NCBI GenBank assembly: GCA_964016885.1
Contig: OZ024758.1
Coordinates: 26,784,001-26,848,000 of the forward strand
Source: Eledone cirrhosa
Lineage: Eukaryota
DNA length: 64,000 nt
Direction of reading: 5' to 3'
The notes under the pieces were generated by a model, which was given only the letters and a program-made list of their open reading frames with translations, was not told where the DNA came from and did no database searches. Positions within the stretch are counted from its first letter, which is position 1, and every line of letters starts with the position of its first letter. Below, piece after piece: positions 46,512 to 59,340 of the stretch. A program made the position numbers and the translations under genes.

Positions 46512-46880
46512 GGTGCATGGCTTAGTGGTTAGAGTCAATGCTCTAACCACTTGCAATCAGGAGGTTGACAGTTCAATTCTCGGACCAGGTGATGCGTTGT
46601 GTCCTTGAGCAAGACTCTTTATTTCACGTTACTCCAGTTTACTCAGCTGTAGAAATGAGATGATAGGGACTGGGGTCCCTATCATTCCACTGCAAAGTGG
46701 TCGTGGAGGTGCCACGACAAAAAAGCACCCAGCACTCACTGTAAAGTGCACGTGTAGGTGCCATGGAAAAATAGCCCCCAGCACTCACTGTAAATGGGGT
46801 TGGTGTTAGGAAGGGCATCCAGCTGTAGAAATCAAGCCAGAATCAGTTCCCGTCCCACCCTTGCAAGCAGGGAAAAGTGG
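46512..46880 (+). mobile_element. SINE family A, two-module form with a small inversion in the head
   Basis: Matches A; agtggttagag-tcaatg-ctctaaccact forms a hairpin in the head. Confidence 0.88.
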
Positions 46881-47322
46881 ATATATATGTATATATATAT
46901 ATATAGAGAGAGAGAGATGATGTACAAAGGTTGATACAGTTGCAACGTCACTGGTGCCAAGCTGTATCGGTCATTGTCTTTCCCTTGGACAACATCGGTG
47001 GCGTGGAGAGGCGGAGACTGGTATGCATGGGCAACTGCTGGTCTCACACAAAAAACAACCTTGCCCAGACTTGTACCTCAGAGGGAAACTTTCTAGGTGC
47101 AAATCTCATGGTCATTTGTAACCTGAGGGGGTCTTTATCCTTACAGTTAACTATGTTTACTGTCAGTGGTCAGAATCTTTCTAACTTTTAGTTATGTTGT
47201 GATTACACATAAAAACATATACCTCCTCCCCCTCCCCCTAATTGCTGGCCTTGTGCCTATAGTAGAAATTATTATTATGGTCATTTACAACGCAGACTAT
47301 TTTCAAATTTCCCCAAAAGTTC

Positions 47323-48093
47323 TTAACCCTTTAGTGTTCAAACCGGCCAAAACCGGCCAGAATTCTCTACCTCTTTCTGTTGAAACTGGCTGTAACTGGT
47401 CACTCAAACTGATGTTATGGTATTGTTCTCAAAATAAATACTTTCAAAATCTCATAGATTCGATATTATGTGAGATAATTATGCGAGGTAAAGCCTTTAC
47501 CATGAAAATATAATAGTATATATAGAGTAATGTAAATGTTATGTGAGGTAAAGCCTTTACCATGAAAACATAATAGTATATATAGAGTAATGTGAATGTT
47601 ATGTGAGGTCAAGCCTTTACCATGAAAATATAATAGTATATATAGAGTAATGTAAATGTTATGTGAGGTAAAGCCTTTACCATGAAAATACAATAGTATA
47701 TATAGAGTAATGTGAATGTTATGTGAGATAAAGCCTTTACCATGAAAATACAATAGTAAATATAGAGTAATGTAAATGTTATGTGAGGTAAAGCCTTTAC
47801 CATGAAAACATAATAGTATATATAGAGTAATGTGAATGTTATGTGAGGTCAAGCCTTTACCATGAAAATATAATAGTATATATAGAGTAATGTGAATGTT
47901 ATGTGAGATAAAGCCTTTACCATGAAAATACAATAGTATATATAGAGTAATGTGAATGTTATGTGAGATAAAGCCTTTACCATGAAAATACAATAGTAAA
48001 TATAGAGTAATGTAAATGTTATGTGAGGTAAAGCCTTTACCATGAAAATATAATAGTATATATAGAGTAATGTGAATGTTATGTGAGGTCAAG
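47323..48093. repeat. piggyBac-like MITE whose 3' part expanded into a 60-bp array (about 10 units)
   Basis: ttaaccctttagtgttcaaacc start; unit ttatgtgaggtaaagcctttaccatgaaaatataatagtatatatagagtaatgtaaatg repeats every 60 bp from about 47480. Confidence 0.92.
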
Positions 48094-48257
48094 CGGCTTC
48101 AACTTACATTGACCAACTATATAGACACAGGTAGCTCCTCTAATGGCCTCCCATGCTTGATCGTGATGGATACCGGGCTAGGTTCATGTCCAAGTAAGCC
48201 CGACCAAATGAGGTGATGCTATATGAAACTATCATGTATAAACTCTATTATTAATTG

Positions 48258-48450
48258 AGGGCGGTGGATTGGCAGTATCGGTAGAGGGTCGGACGCCATG
48301 CTTTCCAGCATAGTTACGTCCCTTTACGATCTGAGTTCAAATCCCGCCGAGGTTGACTTTGCCTTTCATCCTTACGGGGTCGATAAAATAAAGTACCAGT
48401 AATGTACTGGGTATTTACTGGCCTTGTGCCAAAAGTAAAAACAATTATTA
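48258..48450 (+). mobile_element. SINE family B, full length
   Basis: Matches B. Confidence 0.9.
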
Positions 48451-48589
48451 ATGGTAAATGGATGTGTTTATTTTCGGAGACCCATCTTTCTCGGGCTCTT
48501 CCATACAAATAGACAACACAGTCTACGAAGAATCTAAAATATTTCTGACTCCAAGCATTTAAAAATAAAGGATTATCAACTTCTGTATT

Positions 48590-49230
48590 GGTATGTGTGT
48601 GTGTGGGTGGGTGTGGTGGTGGTGGTGGGGGGTGGGGGGGGGGTATGTGTGTGAGTGCATGTGTGGGTGGGGGGGGCATGTATGTGGGTGTGTATGTATG
48701 GGTGTGTATGTGTGCGCATGTATATGTGTGTGTGTATGTCTGGGTGTGTGTGAGTGTGCATATATATATGTGTGTGTGTGTGTGTCTATGTCTGTGAGTG
48801 GGTGTGTATGTCTCTGGGTGTGTGTGAGTGTGCATGTGTATATATGTGTGTGTCTATGTCTGTGAGTGGGTGTGTATGTCTGTGTATGAGTGTGCATGTA
48901 TATGTGTGTGTATGTGTATGTGTGTCTGTCTGTCTGTCTATGTGTGTGTGTGTATGTCTGGGTGTGTGTGCATGTGTATGTATGTGTGTGTGTGTGTCTG
49001 TCTGTGTATGTCTCTGTGTGTATGAGTGTGCATGTGTATGTGTGTGTGAGTGTGTGTGTGTCTATGTCTGTGTATGTCTCTGTGTGTATGAGTGTGCATG
49101 TGCATGTGTGTGTGTGTGTGTATGTCTCTGTGTCTGTGAGTGTGTATCAGTGTGCATGTGTATGTATATGTGCTTGTGTGCGTCTGTGTGTGGGTATGTG
49201 TGTATGACTGTGTGTGTGGGTGTGGGTGTG
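48590..49230. repeat. (TG)n-rich compound microsatellite
   Basis: Directly visible. Confidence 0.93.
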
Positions 49231-49483
49231 GTCCAGATATACAGATAGAAATATAATAGCTAGCTAGACAGATAGTGATAGATATTTCTACTGTCTGAAG
49301 ATCATCATCATCATCATCATCATGAAGATAGATATATAAATTGGGAGTAATAAATAGCTGCTGTTCTATCATGGAGGCTGGATATTTATTGTCAATACTG
49401 TGTGGAAGATATCAAATAACTACTTCCGGGGGACAAATCTACCATAATGTGGTTGTCACTTGATCAAGTGTCATATTATTATG

Positions 49484-49517
<34 letters not shown>

Positions 49518-49522
49518 TATAT

Positions 49523-49595
<73 letters not shown>

Positions 49596-49622
49596 GTATA
49601 TATTATATATATATATATATAT

Positions 49623-49653
<31 letters not shown>

Positions 49654-49669
49654 ATATATATATATATAT

Positions 49670-49766
<97 letters not shown>

Positions 49767-49960
49767 ATTATATATATATATATATTATATATATATATAT
49801 ATTATATATATATATATTATATATATTATATATATATATTATATATTATATATATTTATATATTATATATATATATATTTATATATTATATATATTATAT
49901 ATATATATTATATATATATATATTTATATATATATATATATTATATATATATATATAATA

Positions 49961-50404
49961 GTTGGTGGAAACCGCGGAGTGGGGAGACCCAAGATGACTT
50001 GGGATGAGGTGATAAAAGCCGACCTTACCCAACTACACCTCTCAAAGTCAATGACACACGACCGTGACTTCTGGCGTCACGCAGTAATACAGGGTACCCG
50101 ACCTCCCATGGGTACATGCTGAAGCATATAAACAATATGCCCCCACTCCCCCCACCGCAAGGTGGTCGTGGAGGTGCCACGGCAAAAAAGCACCCAGCCC
50201 ACACTGTAAAGTGGACGTGTAGGCGCCACGAAAAAGCACCCAGCACTCACTGTAAATGAGGTTGGTGTTAGGAAGGGCATCCAGCTGTAGAAATCAAGCC
50301 AGATCAGTTCCTGTATGAGCAAGGCATGGTCAGCCGACCAGACACTGCCCACAACAGGACACCCGTCTAACCCATGCTAGCGTGGAAGAACGGACGTAAA
50401 ACGG

Positions 50405-50434
<30 letters not shown>
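49961..50434 (+). mobile_element. 5'-truncated copy of the RTE LINE
   Basis: Encodes the identical C-terminus GNRGVGRPKMTWDEV..RPPMGTC* and a near-identical 3' UTR and (GAT)n tail. Confidence 0.96.
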
Positions 50435-50435
<1 letters not shown>

Positions 50436-50589
50436 ATTATATATATATATATTATATATATTATATATTATATATATTATATATATATTATATAGTATAT
50501 ATATTATATATATTATATATATATATATTATATATATATATATTATATATATTATATATATATTATATATATTATATATATATATATAT

Positions 50590-50620
<31 letters not shown>

Positions 50621-50903
50621 ATATATATATATTATATATATATATATTATATATATATATATTTATATATATTATATATATATTATATATATATATATAT
50701 ATTATATATATATATATATTATATATATATTATATATATATATTATATATATATATATTATATATATATTATATATATTATATATATATTATATATATTA
50801 TATATATATATATATATTATATATATATATTATATATATATATATATTATATATATATATATATTATATATATATATTATATATATATATTATATATATA
50901 TAT

Positions 50904-50935
<32 letters not shown>

Positions 50936-50956
50936 ATATATATTATATATATATAT

Positions 50957-50988
<32 letters not shown>

Positions 50989-51146
50989 ATATATTATATA
51001 TATATTATATATATATATTATATATATATATATATTATATATATATATTATATATATATATTATATATATATATATATTATATATATATATTATATATAT
51101 ATATATATTATATATATATATTATATATATATATTATATATATATA

Positions 51147-51191
<45 letters not shown>

Positions 51192-51192
51192 A

Positions 51193-51236
<44 letters not shown>

Positions 51237-51255
51237 ATATATATATTTTTTTTTA

Positions 51256-51469
51256 GGAACGATCGACTTTCGTCAAATCGGACCAAGGGAACAATGTTTC
51301 TGTTGGTCTTTCCAATTGCTAATACTATCTATCGGTCGCAACTCCAGGTAGAAGGAGCAACGTGAAATAAAGTGTCTTGCTCAAGGACATAACGCATCGC
51401 CTGGTCCAGGAATCGAACTCGCACCCTTACGATTGCGAATCCAATTCTCTAACCACTCCGCCACACGCC
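51256..51469 (-). mobile_element. SINE family C, full length
   Basis: Minus strand GGCGTGTGGCGGAGTGGTTAGAG..GAGTTCGATTCC..ccttgagcaagacac..ggaaagaccaa. Confidence 0.88.
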
Positions 51470-51514
51470 TATATTGTATATATATATATATATAATATAT
51501 ATATAATATATATA

Positions 51515-51554
<40 letters not shown>

Positions 51555-51567
51555 TATAATATATATA

Positions 51568-51613
<46 letters not shown>

Positions 51614-51615
51614 TA

Positions 51616-51655
<40 letters not shown>

Positions 51656-51696
51656 TATAATATATATATTATATATATATATATATATAATATATA

Positions 51697-51738
<42 letters not shown>

Positions 51739-51778
51739 TATTATATATATATATATATATAATATATATATATATATA

Positions 51779-51873
<95 letters not shown>

Positions 51874-52271
51874 TATATATATAATATATATATATATATA
51901 GTACACTGGTTTTAGGGAGGACATCCAAGCCCCATAGTGAACTTATTTGAGTGAGCCATGGTCTCCCACACCGTTTAGTAGCGTGACTAATAAATTACTG
52001 ACTTGGTCTGTGATGATTCTTCAACCCATGTTCGTATGGGAAGATGGATGTAAAATGGTGATAGTGATGATGATGATGATATATGCTGTGGTATATAGAT
52101 ATGGCCACCGTCTTCAGTCGTTTTTCTTGGTTGTCAGACTTTTTAACTGTTGTGTTTACTCTAGACAATAATGTATAAACTTCTCACTCCATTGAGTGCT
52201 TTGTAAAGTGCACTCAACTAAAACTCGAATAGTACCAGCTATAACTTCGGTTTATACCTAATGTGTGTGTG

Positions 52272-52775
52272 TGAGGGCCAGCTGACACGTTCACAGGCTG
52301 ACCAAGATACTCTCGTGGAATGACCAAATGAGGTTTATTTTTCAACATAGTCCCTGCTTGAAAGACTCAAGGCAGTTATTAATAAGAAGAGTTGAAATTA
52401 ATGCATGCAAGATTTCACAGCTCTAGCATCAATCCTTCATAGTCAGCTTACAGCCTATAAACATTTCAGCCGACCGTCATATAATAGAACATGTTTGGTT
52501 TACTTTGTCAGTATAAAAATAAATAGAAGCCCAGACTTCTTATCTGTCATGTATCTTCTGCTTTTGATCTGCCATGCATTTCAATTAATGATTTCACAAC
52601 TCTAGCATCAATCCTTTATAGTCAGCTTACAGCCTATAAACATTTCAGCCGACTGTCGTATAATAGAACATGTTTGGTTTACTTTGTCAGTATAAAAATA
52701 TATAGAAGCCCAGACTTCTTATCTGTCGTGTATCTTCTGCTTTTAATAAGCCTTTTGATCTGCCATGCATTTCAA
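52272..52775. mobile_element. Mariner-like MITE with ~178-bp tandem duplication of its right end and flank
   Basis: Body shared with the 6120 and 40860 copies; ctctagcatcaatcctt..gtatcttctgctttt occurs twice. Confidence 0.65.
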
Positions 52776-53412
52776 TAATGATACCATTTATACTAATAAT
52801 TATCCGAACAATAGCATAATGTCCTGCCTAAGTTGGCCATCTGTTTGCTTTGTACTATTCACTGAACTTGGCAGTATATTTCATAGGTTATTAATTATCT
52901 TTTGCCCATCTATCTAATTAAGAGGAACAACGTTTCTCTCTTGCTTCACAATCCTGTCTGCAACCTTTTCATTTGTTTGAAGTCTTTTACTAATATTAAA
53001 ATTATGTACTATATATACTACTATACACAGGCTATTCTAGTTTTCTGGGGGTTTTTTTCTTTTTCTTTTTCTTTTTCTTTTTCTTTTTCTTTTACAAATG
53101 TGCCTATACACACACACACACCCTGTATGTATATGTGTGTATGTGTATGTCATCATCACCATCACCATTTTACACTCGCTTTTCCATGTTTGGTATATAT
53201 GTGTGTGTATGGTGTGTGTGTGTGTGCGTGCAAGTGTGTGTGTGTGCAAGTATGTTTGTGTGTGTGTTTTTTGTCGAACAGCTGTTGTTACGTGTAGAAT
53301 GGATCCACACATCAAACAAGTCCATTGTGAAGATCAAGCCCCTGTCTTCTTTCAGCCACCAATGGCAGACACTAGTCCCCTGTTTAGTGGCTATGGCGAA
53401 AGAACTTCTATA

Positions 53413-54105
53413 AACACCCAGTCCACTCAGTAAAGTGGTTGTCGTTTTGGTGCTGCGACAAAAGACACCCAGTCCACTCAGTAAAGTGGTCGTCGTTTTG
53501 GTGCCGTGACAAAAGACACCCAGTCCACTCAGTAAAGTGGTCGTCGTTTTGGTGCTGCGACAAAAGACACCCAGTCCACTCAGTAAAGTGGTCGTTGTTT
53601 TGGTGCCGCGACAAAAGACACCCAGTCCACTCTGTAAAGTGGTCGTCGTTTTGGTGCTGCGACAAAAGACACCCAGTCCACTCAGTAAAGTGGTCGTCGT
53701 TTTGGTGCTGCGACAAAAGACACCCAGTCCACTCTGTAAAGTGGTCGTCGTTTTGGTGCTGCGACAAAAGACACCCAGTCCACTCAGTAAAGTGGTCGTC
53801 GTTTTGGTGCCGCGACAAAAGACACCCAGTCCACTCTGTAAAGTGGTCGTTGTTTTGGTGCCGCGACAAAAGACACCCAGTCCACTCTGTAAAGTGGTCG
53901 TCGTTTTGGTGCTGCGACAAAAGACACCCAGTCCACTCAGTAAAGTGGTCGTCGTTTTGGTGCCGCGACAAAAGACACCCAGTCCACTCTGTAAAGTGGT
54001 CGTTGTTTTGGTGCCGCGACAAAAGACACCCAGTCCACTCTGTAAAGTGGTCGTTGTTTTGGTGCCGCGACAAAAGACACCCAGTCCACTCTGTAAAGTG
54101 GTCGT
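53413..54105. repeat. 51-bp minisatellite (about 13.5 units) derived from the RTE 3' UTR module
   Basis: Unit aaagacacccagtccactc(a/t)gtaaagtggtcgt(c/t)gttttggtgc(c/t)gcgaca. Followed by an RTE-like end cacaacaggacaac..gtctaacccttgctagc (54106-54185). Confidence 0.95.
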
Positions 54106-54239
54106 CACAACAGGACAACTCGACTAACTCGTCTAACCCTTGCTAGCATCGATAACATTTCACGTTAAACTATGATTAATGACAATTTTGAAAAGGCTGA
54201 GGAGAGATTCTTTCTTATCAACTTTTTCAAGTATCACTC

Positions 54240-54763
54240 AGAGAGGGAGATGCTGCCCTCCAGAGGGAGATGCCACTCTCTAGAGAGAGATGCCGCCCTC
54301 TAGAGGGAGATGCCGCCCTCCAGAGGGAGATACCGCTCTCTAGAGGGGGATGCTGCCCTCCAAAGGGTGATGCTGCCTTGCAGAGGGATATGCTGCTCTC
54401 CAGAGGGTCATGCTGCACTCCAGAAGGAGATGCCGCCCTCCAGAGGGAGATGCCGCCCTCCAGAGGGTCATGCTGCACTCCAGAAGGAGATGCTGCCCTC
54501 CAGAGAGAGATATTGCTCTCTAGAGGGAGATATTTCTCTCTAGAGGGAGATGCCGCTCTCCAGGGGGAGATGCCGCCCTCCAGAGGGAGATATTGCTCTC
54601 CAGAGGGAGATGCCGCTCTCCAGGGGGAGATGCCGCCCTCCAGAGGGAGATGCCGCCCTCTAGAGGGAGATGCCGCCCTCCAGAGGAAGATGCTGCCCTC
54701 CAGAGGGAGATGCTGCCCTCCAGAGGGAGATGCCGCTCTCCAGAAAGAGATGCCGCTCTCCAG
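54240..54763. repeat. 20-bp GC-rich quasi-palindromic minisatellite (about 26 units)
   Basis: Unit cagagggagatgccgccctc. Confidence 0.95.
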
Positions 54764-55364
54764 TTTTACTACTTTACTTGATGGTGGTTAAGACTGGTAA
54801 GAATGGGCCATGTGAGAGGGTATACTCTCTATATGCAACTGTAGGCCAGACAACATACCTAGGAGAGTGCACTTGTCCTTCTTAGTAATGGTCATCTGGG
54901 GTTTGTGTGGTTTCGTGAGGGACCCTAGGTGGCTATCTCTCTATTGTAATGTTTCAAATTATGCTCAGATTAAATTTGTTTCCCATCCACTCAAGATTCA
55001 TGCAATAAGTATCGAAATCTGTCAGGAATTGGTTTTGTCTTTTATCATATTCCCTGATCTAAGTTCGTAACAACCACTATGATGGTGATGATGATGACGA
55101 TGACCACGACTACGACGACGACGGCAGCGTCGTCGTCGTCGCTGCTGCTGCTGCCAGATACTGTAGAGTACCAGATTAAATATCAACATTGTAGTGATTA
55201 GTTATCATCCAAGTTCCAATCTTGTCAAAGTCAACATCACCTTTTAGTCTTACAGAGAGAAACGGACCAATTGTGATGCGGTTCTTATTGACTAAATAAA
55301 TAATAGGAAATAATAAAGTGAGTTGATAAAAGTGTAGAAACTATGGTGTAACATTGAACTGCAT

Positions 55365-56450
55365 GACAACTGTGTTAAATCAACTGGACTTGATCTCAAG
55401 TTCACCACACTCAGAAATATATACCAACTGTTATAGTAAAAAAAATGTTCTGACTACTGAGCTCCACAACCATTGTGTTAAATCAACTGGACTTGATCTC
55501 AAGTTCACTGTACTTAGAAATATATAGCAACTGTTTTAGTGAAATGTTCCGACTACTGAGCTCCACGACCACTGTATTAAATCAACTGGACTTGATCTCA
55601 AGTTCACTGTACTTAGAAATATATAGCAACTGTTTTAGTGAAATGTTCTGACTACTGAGCTCCACAACCACTGTGTTAAATCAACTGGACTTGATCTCAA
55701 GTTCACTGTACTTAGAAATATATAGCAACTGTTTTAGTGAAATGTTCCGACTACTGAGCTCCACGACCACTGTATTAAATCAACTGGACTTGATCTCAAG
55801 TTCACTGTACTTAGAAATATATAGCAACTGTTTTAGTGAAATGTTCTGACTACTGAGCTCCACGAGCTCTGTGTTAAATCAACTGGACTTGATCTCAAGT
55901 TCACTGTACTTAGAAATATATAGCAACTGTTTTAGTGAAATGTTCTGACTACTGAGCTCGACGACCACTGTGTTAAATCAACTGGACTTGATCTCAAGTT
56001 CACTGTACTTAGAAATATATAGCAACTGTTTTAGTGAAATGTTCTGACTACTGAGCTCCACGACCACTGTATTAAATCAACTGGACTTGATCTCAAGTTC
56101 ACTGTACTTAGAAATATATAGCAACTGTTTTAGTGAAATGTTCCGACTACTGAGCTCCACGACCACTGTATTAAATCAACTGGACTTGATCTCAAGTTCA
56201 CTGTACTTAAAAATATATAGCAACTGTTTTAGTGAAATGTTCTGACTACTGAGCTCCACGACCTCTGTGTTAAATCAACTGGACTTGATCTCAAGTTCAC
56301 TGTACTTAAAAATATATAGCAACTGTTTTAGTGAAATGTTCCGACTACTGAGCTCCACGACCTCTGTGTTAAATCAACTGGACTTGATCTCAAGTTCACT
56401 GTACTTAAAAATATATAGCAACTGTTTTAGTGAAATGTTCTGACTACTGA
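55365..56450. repeat. 99-bp minisatellite (about 11 units)
   Basis: ttaaatcaactggacttgatctcaagttcac recurs every 99 bp. Confidence 0.95.
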
Positions 56451-56954
56451 AGAAGCATAAATTACGAGGTTAATGTGATTAAATTTTAATTAACACATGT
56501 GTAACAGGTGCAACTCACCACATACATCACACACACATATATATATCACACACACATACATACATCATACATCACACATACATACATCACACGCATACAT
56601 CATACAGCACACATACATACATCACACACATACATCACACACACACACACATCACACACATATATATCACATATACATACATCACACACATCACGCATAC
56701 ATCACACACACACACACACACTTACATAACATTCACATAACATTCACAAAAGTGGAATGTATTTAGTCAGTCATCTGATTTCAACATATCCAATTTTATG
56801 ATGAATTCCCATGGGCTGAGCCTTTCCATTCTACTCCTTCTTTCTTCTCTCACACCATTTGTTTCTACATGCCTTTTCTTCACACGATAGTAATCTCTTA
56901 ATTTCACATGGCAACAGGAAGATGGAATAACTGAGTGGCTTTACTCTCTGTTTC

Positions 56955-58000
56955 CACCACTACAACCATCATAACCATCACAATCATCACCACCACCACT
57001 ACCACCATCATAGCCATCACAATCATCACCACCACCACTACCACCGTCATAGCCATCACAATCAACACCACCACCACTACTACCATCATAGCCATCACAA
57101 TCAACACCACCACCACTACCACCATCATAGCCATCACAATCATCACCACCACCACTACCACCATCATAGCCATCACAATCATCACCACCACCACTACTAC
57201 CATCAAAACCATCACAATCAACACCAAACCACTACCACCATCATAGCCATCACAATCATCACCACCATCATAGCCATCACAATCAACACCACCACCACTA
57301 CTATAACCATCACAATCAACACCACCACCATTATCATAACCATCACAATCAACACCACCACCGCTACTACAACCATCACAATCAACACCACCACCACTAC
57401 CATCAGCATAACCATCACAATCATCACCACTACCATCATCATAGCCATCACAATCATCGCCACCACCACTACCACCATCATAGCCATCACAATCATCACC
57501 ACCACCACCACTACTATAGCCATCACAATGATCACCACCACTTCCACCATCATAGCCATCACAATCATCACCACCTCCACCACTACTATAACCATCACAA
57601 TCATCACCACCACCACTACCATCATCATAACCATCACAATCAACACCAACACTACCACTACTATAACCATCACAATCAACACCACCACCATCATCATAAC
57701 CGTCGCAATCAACAACACCACCACTACTACAACCATCACAATCAACGCCACCACATACTACAACCATCACAATCACCCCACCCCCACCCCCAACACTCCT
57801 ACCATCACCACCACCAACACCATCACAATCAACACCACTACCATGAACACTACTACTACTACCAACACCACCACCATCATCACCACTACTACCACTACCA
57901 CTACTACCACCACTACCACTACTACTACCACTGGTACTACCACGACCACTACTACTACTACTACTACCACTACCACTACTACTACCACTACCACCATCAC
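56955..58000. repeat. Cryptic 33-39-bp repeat built on (ACC/ATC/ACT)n
   Basis: Anchor ata(g/a)ccatcacaatca recurs with variable ACC runs and grades into (ACT/ACC)n. Confidence 0.9.
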
Positions 58001-58387
58001 ACTGACTATTAATAAATAATCAAAACATCACCTAGACAATATGGCCACATTAATCCCTGTGAATTTGATAAAGCTTAAATAACAACTGTTTGAATGCCAG
58101 GAAAACGTAGTAATTTAATGTTGAGATCTTTTGTTGTAGGAGGTTTCTGTATGACTGAGTAGCTGAGATAACAGATTGCTGGGGTCTTCACTCAGTTGGG
58201 AAGTACAGTTGGGGTGGTCAGGCTGATTTATGGTGAATCCATAACCTTTTTTGATGCTTTTCCTAACTGATCTGAAATTAGTTGGTCTCACTCAAATACA
58301 TATTTTTGTTGTTTCCTTTCCTTTGTCTTCTCGATGGCAACACAACCCCGCTAATAAACGAAATCCAGTTATTAATTATTTATCTTT

Positions 58388-58778
58388 AGGGCGGTGGATT
58401 GGCAGTATCGGTAGAGGGTCGGGCGCTATGCTTTGACGCATAAAGTTACGGCCTTTGTCATTCTGAGTTCGAATCCCGCCGAGGTTAACTTTGCCTTTCA
58501 TCCTTACGGGGTCGATAAAATAAAGTACCAGTAATGCACTGGGGTAATTGCTGGCCTTGTGCCAAAAGTAGAAACAATTATTATTAGGGCGGTGGATTGG
58601 CAGTATCGGTAGAGAGTCGGTAGCCATGCTTTGCAGCATAGTTACGTCCCTTTACGGACTGAGTTCAAATCCCGCCGAGGTTAACTTTGCCTTTCATCCT
58701 TACGGGGTCGATAAAATAAAGTACCAGTAATACACTGGGATAATTGCTGGCCTTGTGCCAAAAGTAGAAACAATTATT
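58388..58778 (+). mobile_element. Two head-to-tail full-length SINE B copies
   Basis: agggcggtggattggcagtatcggtagag starts at about 58388 and 58586, separated by (TTA)n. Confidence 0.92.
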
Positions 58779-58834
58779 CTTTACTATTATTTTTGCTATT
58801 ATTCTTTACTATTATTTTTTACTATTATTTTTGC

Positions 58835-59166
58835 TGAAAGGTGGGTGAATGTGGCGAGAATGGCCCGTGTGAGTGGGCCTACTCTGGTCATGCGCCTGTA
58901 GGTGGGTAAATTTGAGGAGGAGAGGGGTGCCCTTCCAGGGTGCTCTCGAAGCGTCGGGGTCGTTCAGGATTGGTGGGGTACCTGAGCGAACCCTGGGTGG
59001 TCATCCCCCCCCCCCTATTGGGGAATTTTTCTTTTATTTTTCTTATTACTTTGTTTGTTATTCATATTGTTTACTCGATTTTTCTGTAAAACCCCACTGT
59101 CCCAGTCTTTTGTATTGTCTCCTATATGTCGGCCCTTGTGGCCAATAAATGAAATCATTATTATTA

Positions 59167-59210
<44 letters not shown>
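58835..59210 (+). mobile_element. L1/Tx1-like LINE 3' fragment with (ATT)n tail
   Basis: AERWVNVARMARVSGPTLVMRL*, then a UTR ending ggcccttgtggccaataaatgaaatc(att)n. Confidence 0.78.
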
Positions 59211-59340
59211 TACGATCTGAGTTCAAATCCCGCCGAGGTTGACTTTGCCTTTCATCCTTACGGGGTCGATAAAATAAAGTACCAGTAATGCACTGGGTAA
59301 TTGCTGGCCTTGTGTCTAAAGTAGAAACAATTATTATTAT
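59211..59340 (+). mobile_element. SINE family B, 5'-truncated
   Basis: Matches B. Confidence 0.88.

Larger units (their letters stand above)
49480..51900. repeat. (TA)n field with TT/AA interruptions hosting two insertions
   Basis: Directly visible. Confidence 0.96.

Noticed and set aside
53170-54146. Overlapping 200-300 aa ORFs on both strands
   Set aside because: Consequence of the 51-bp unit; no domain signature.
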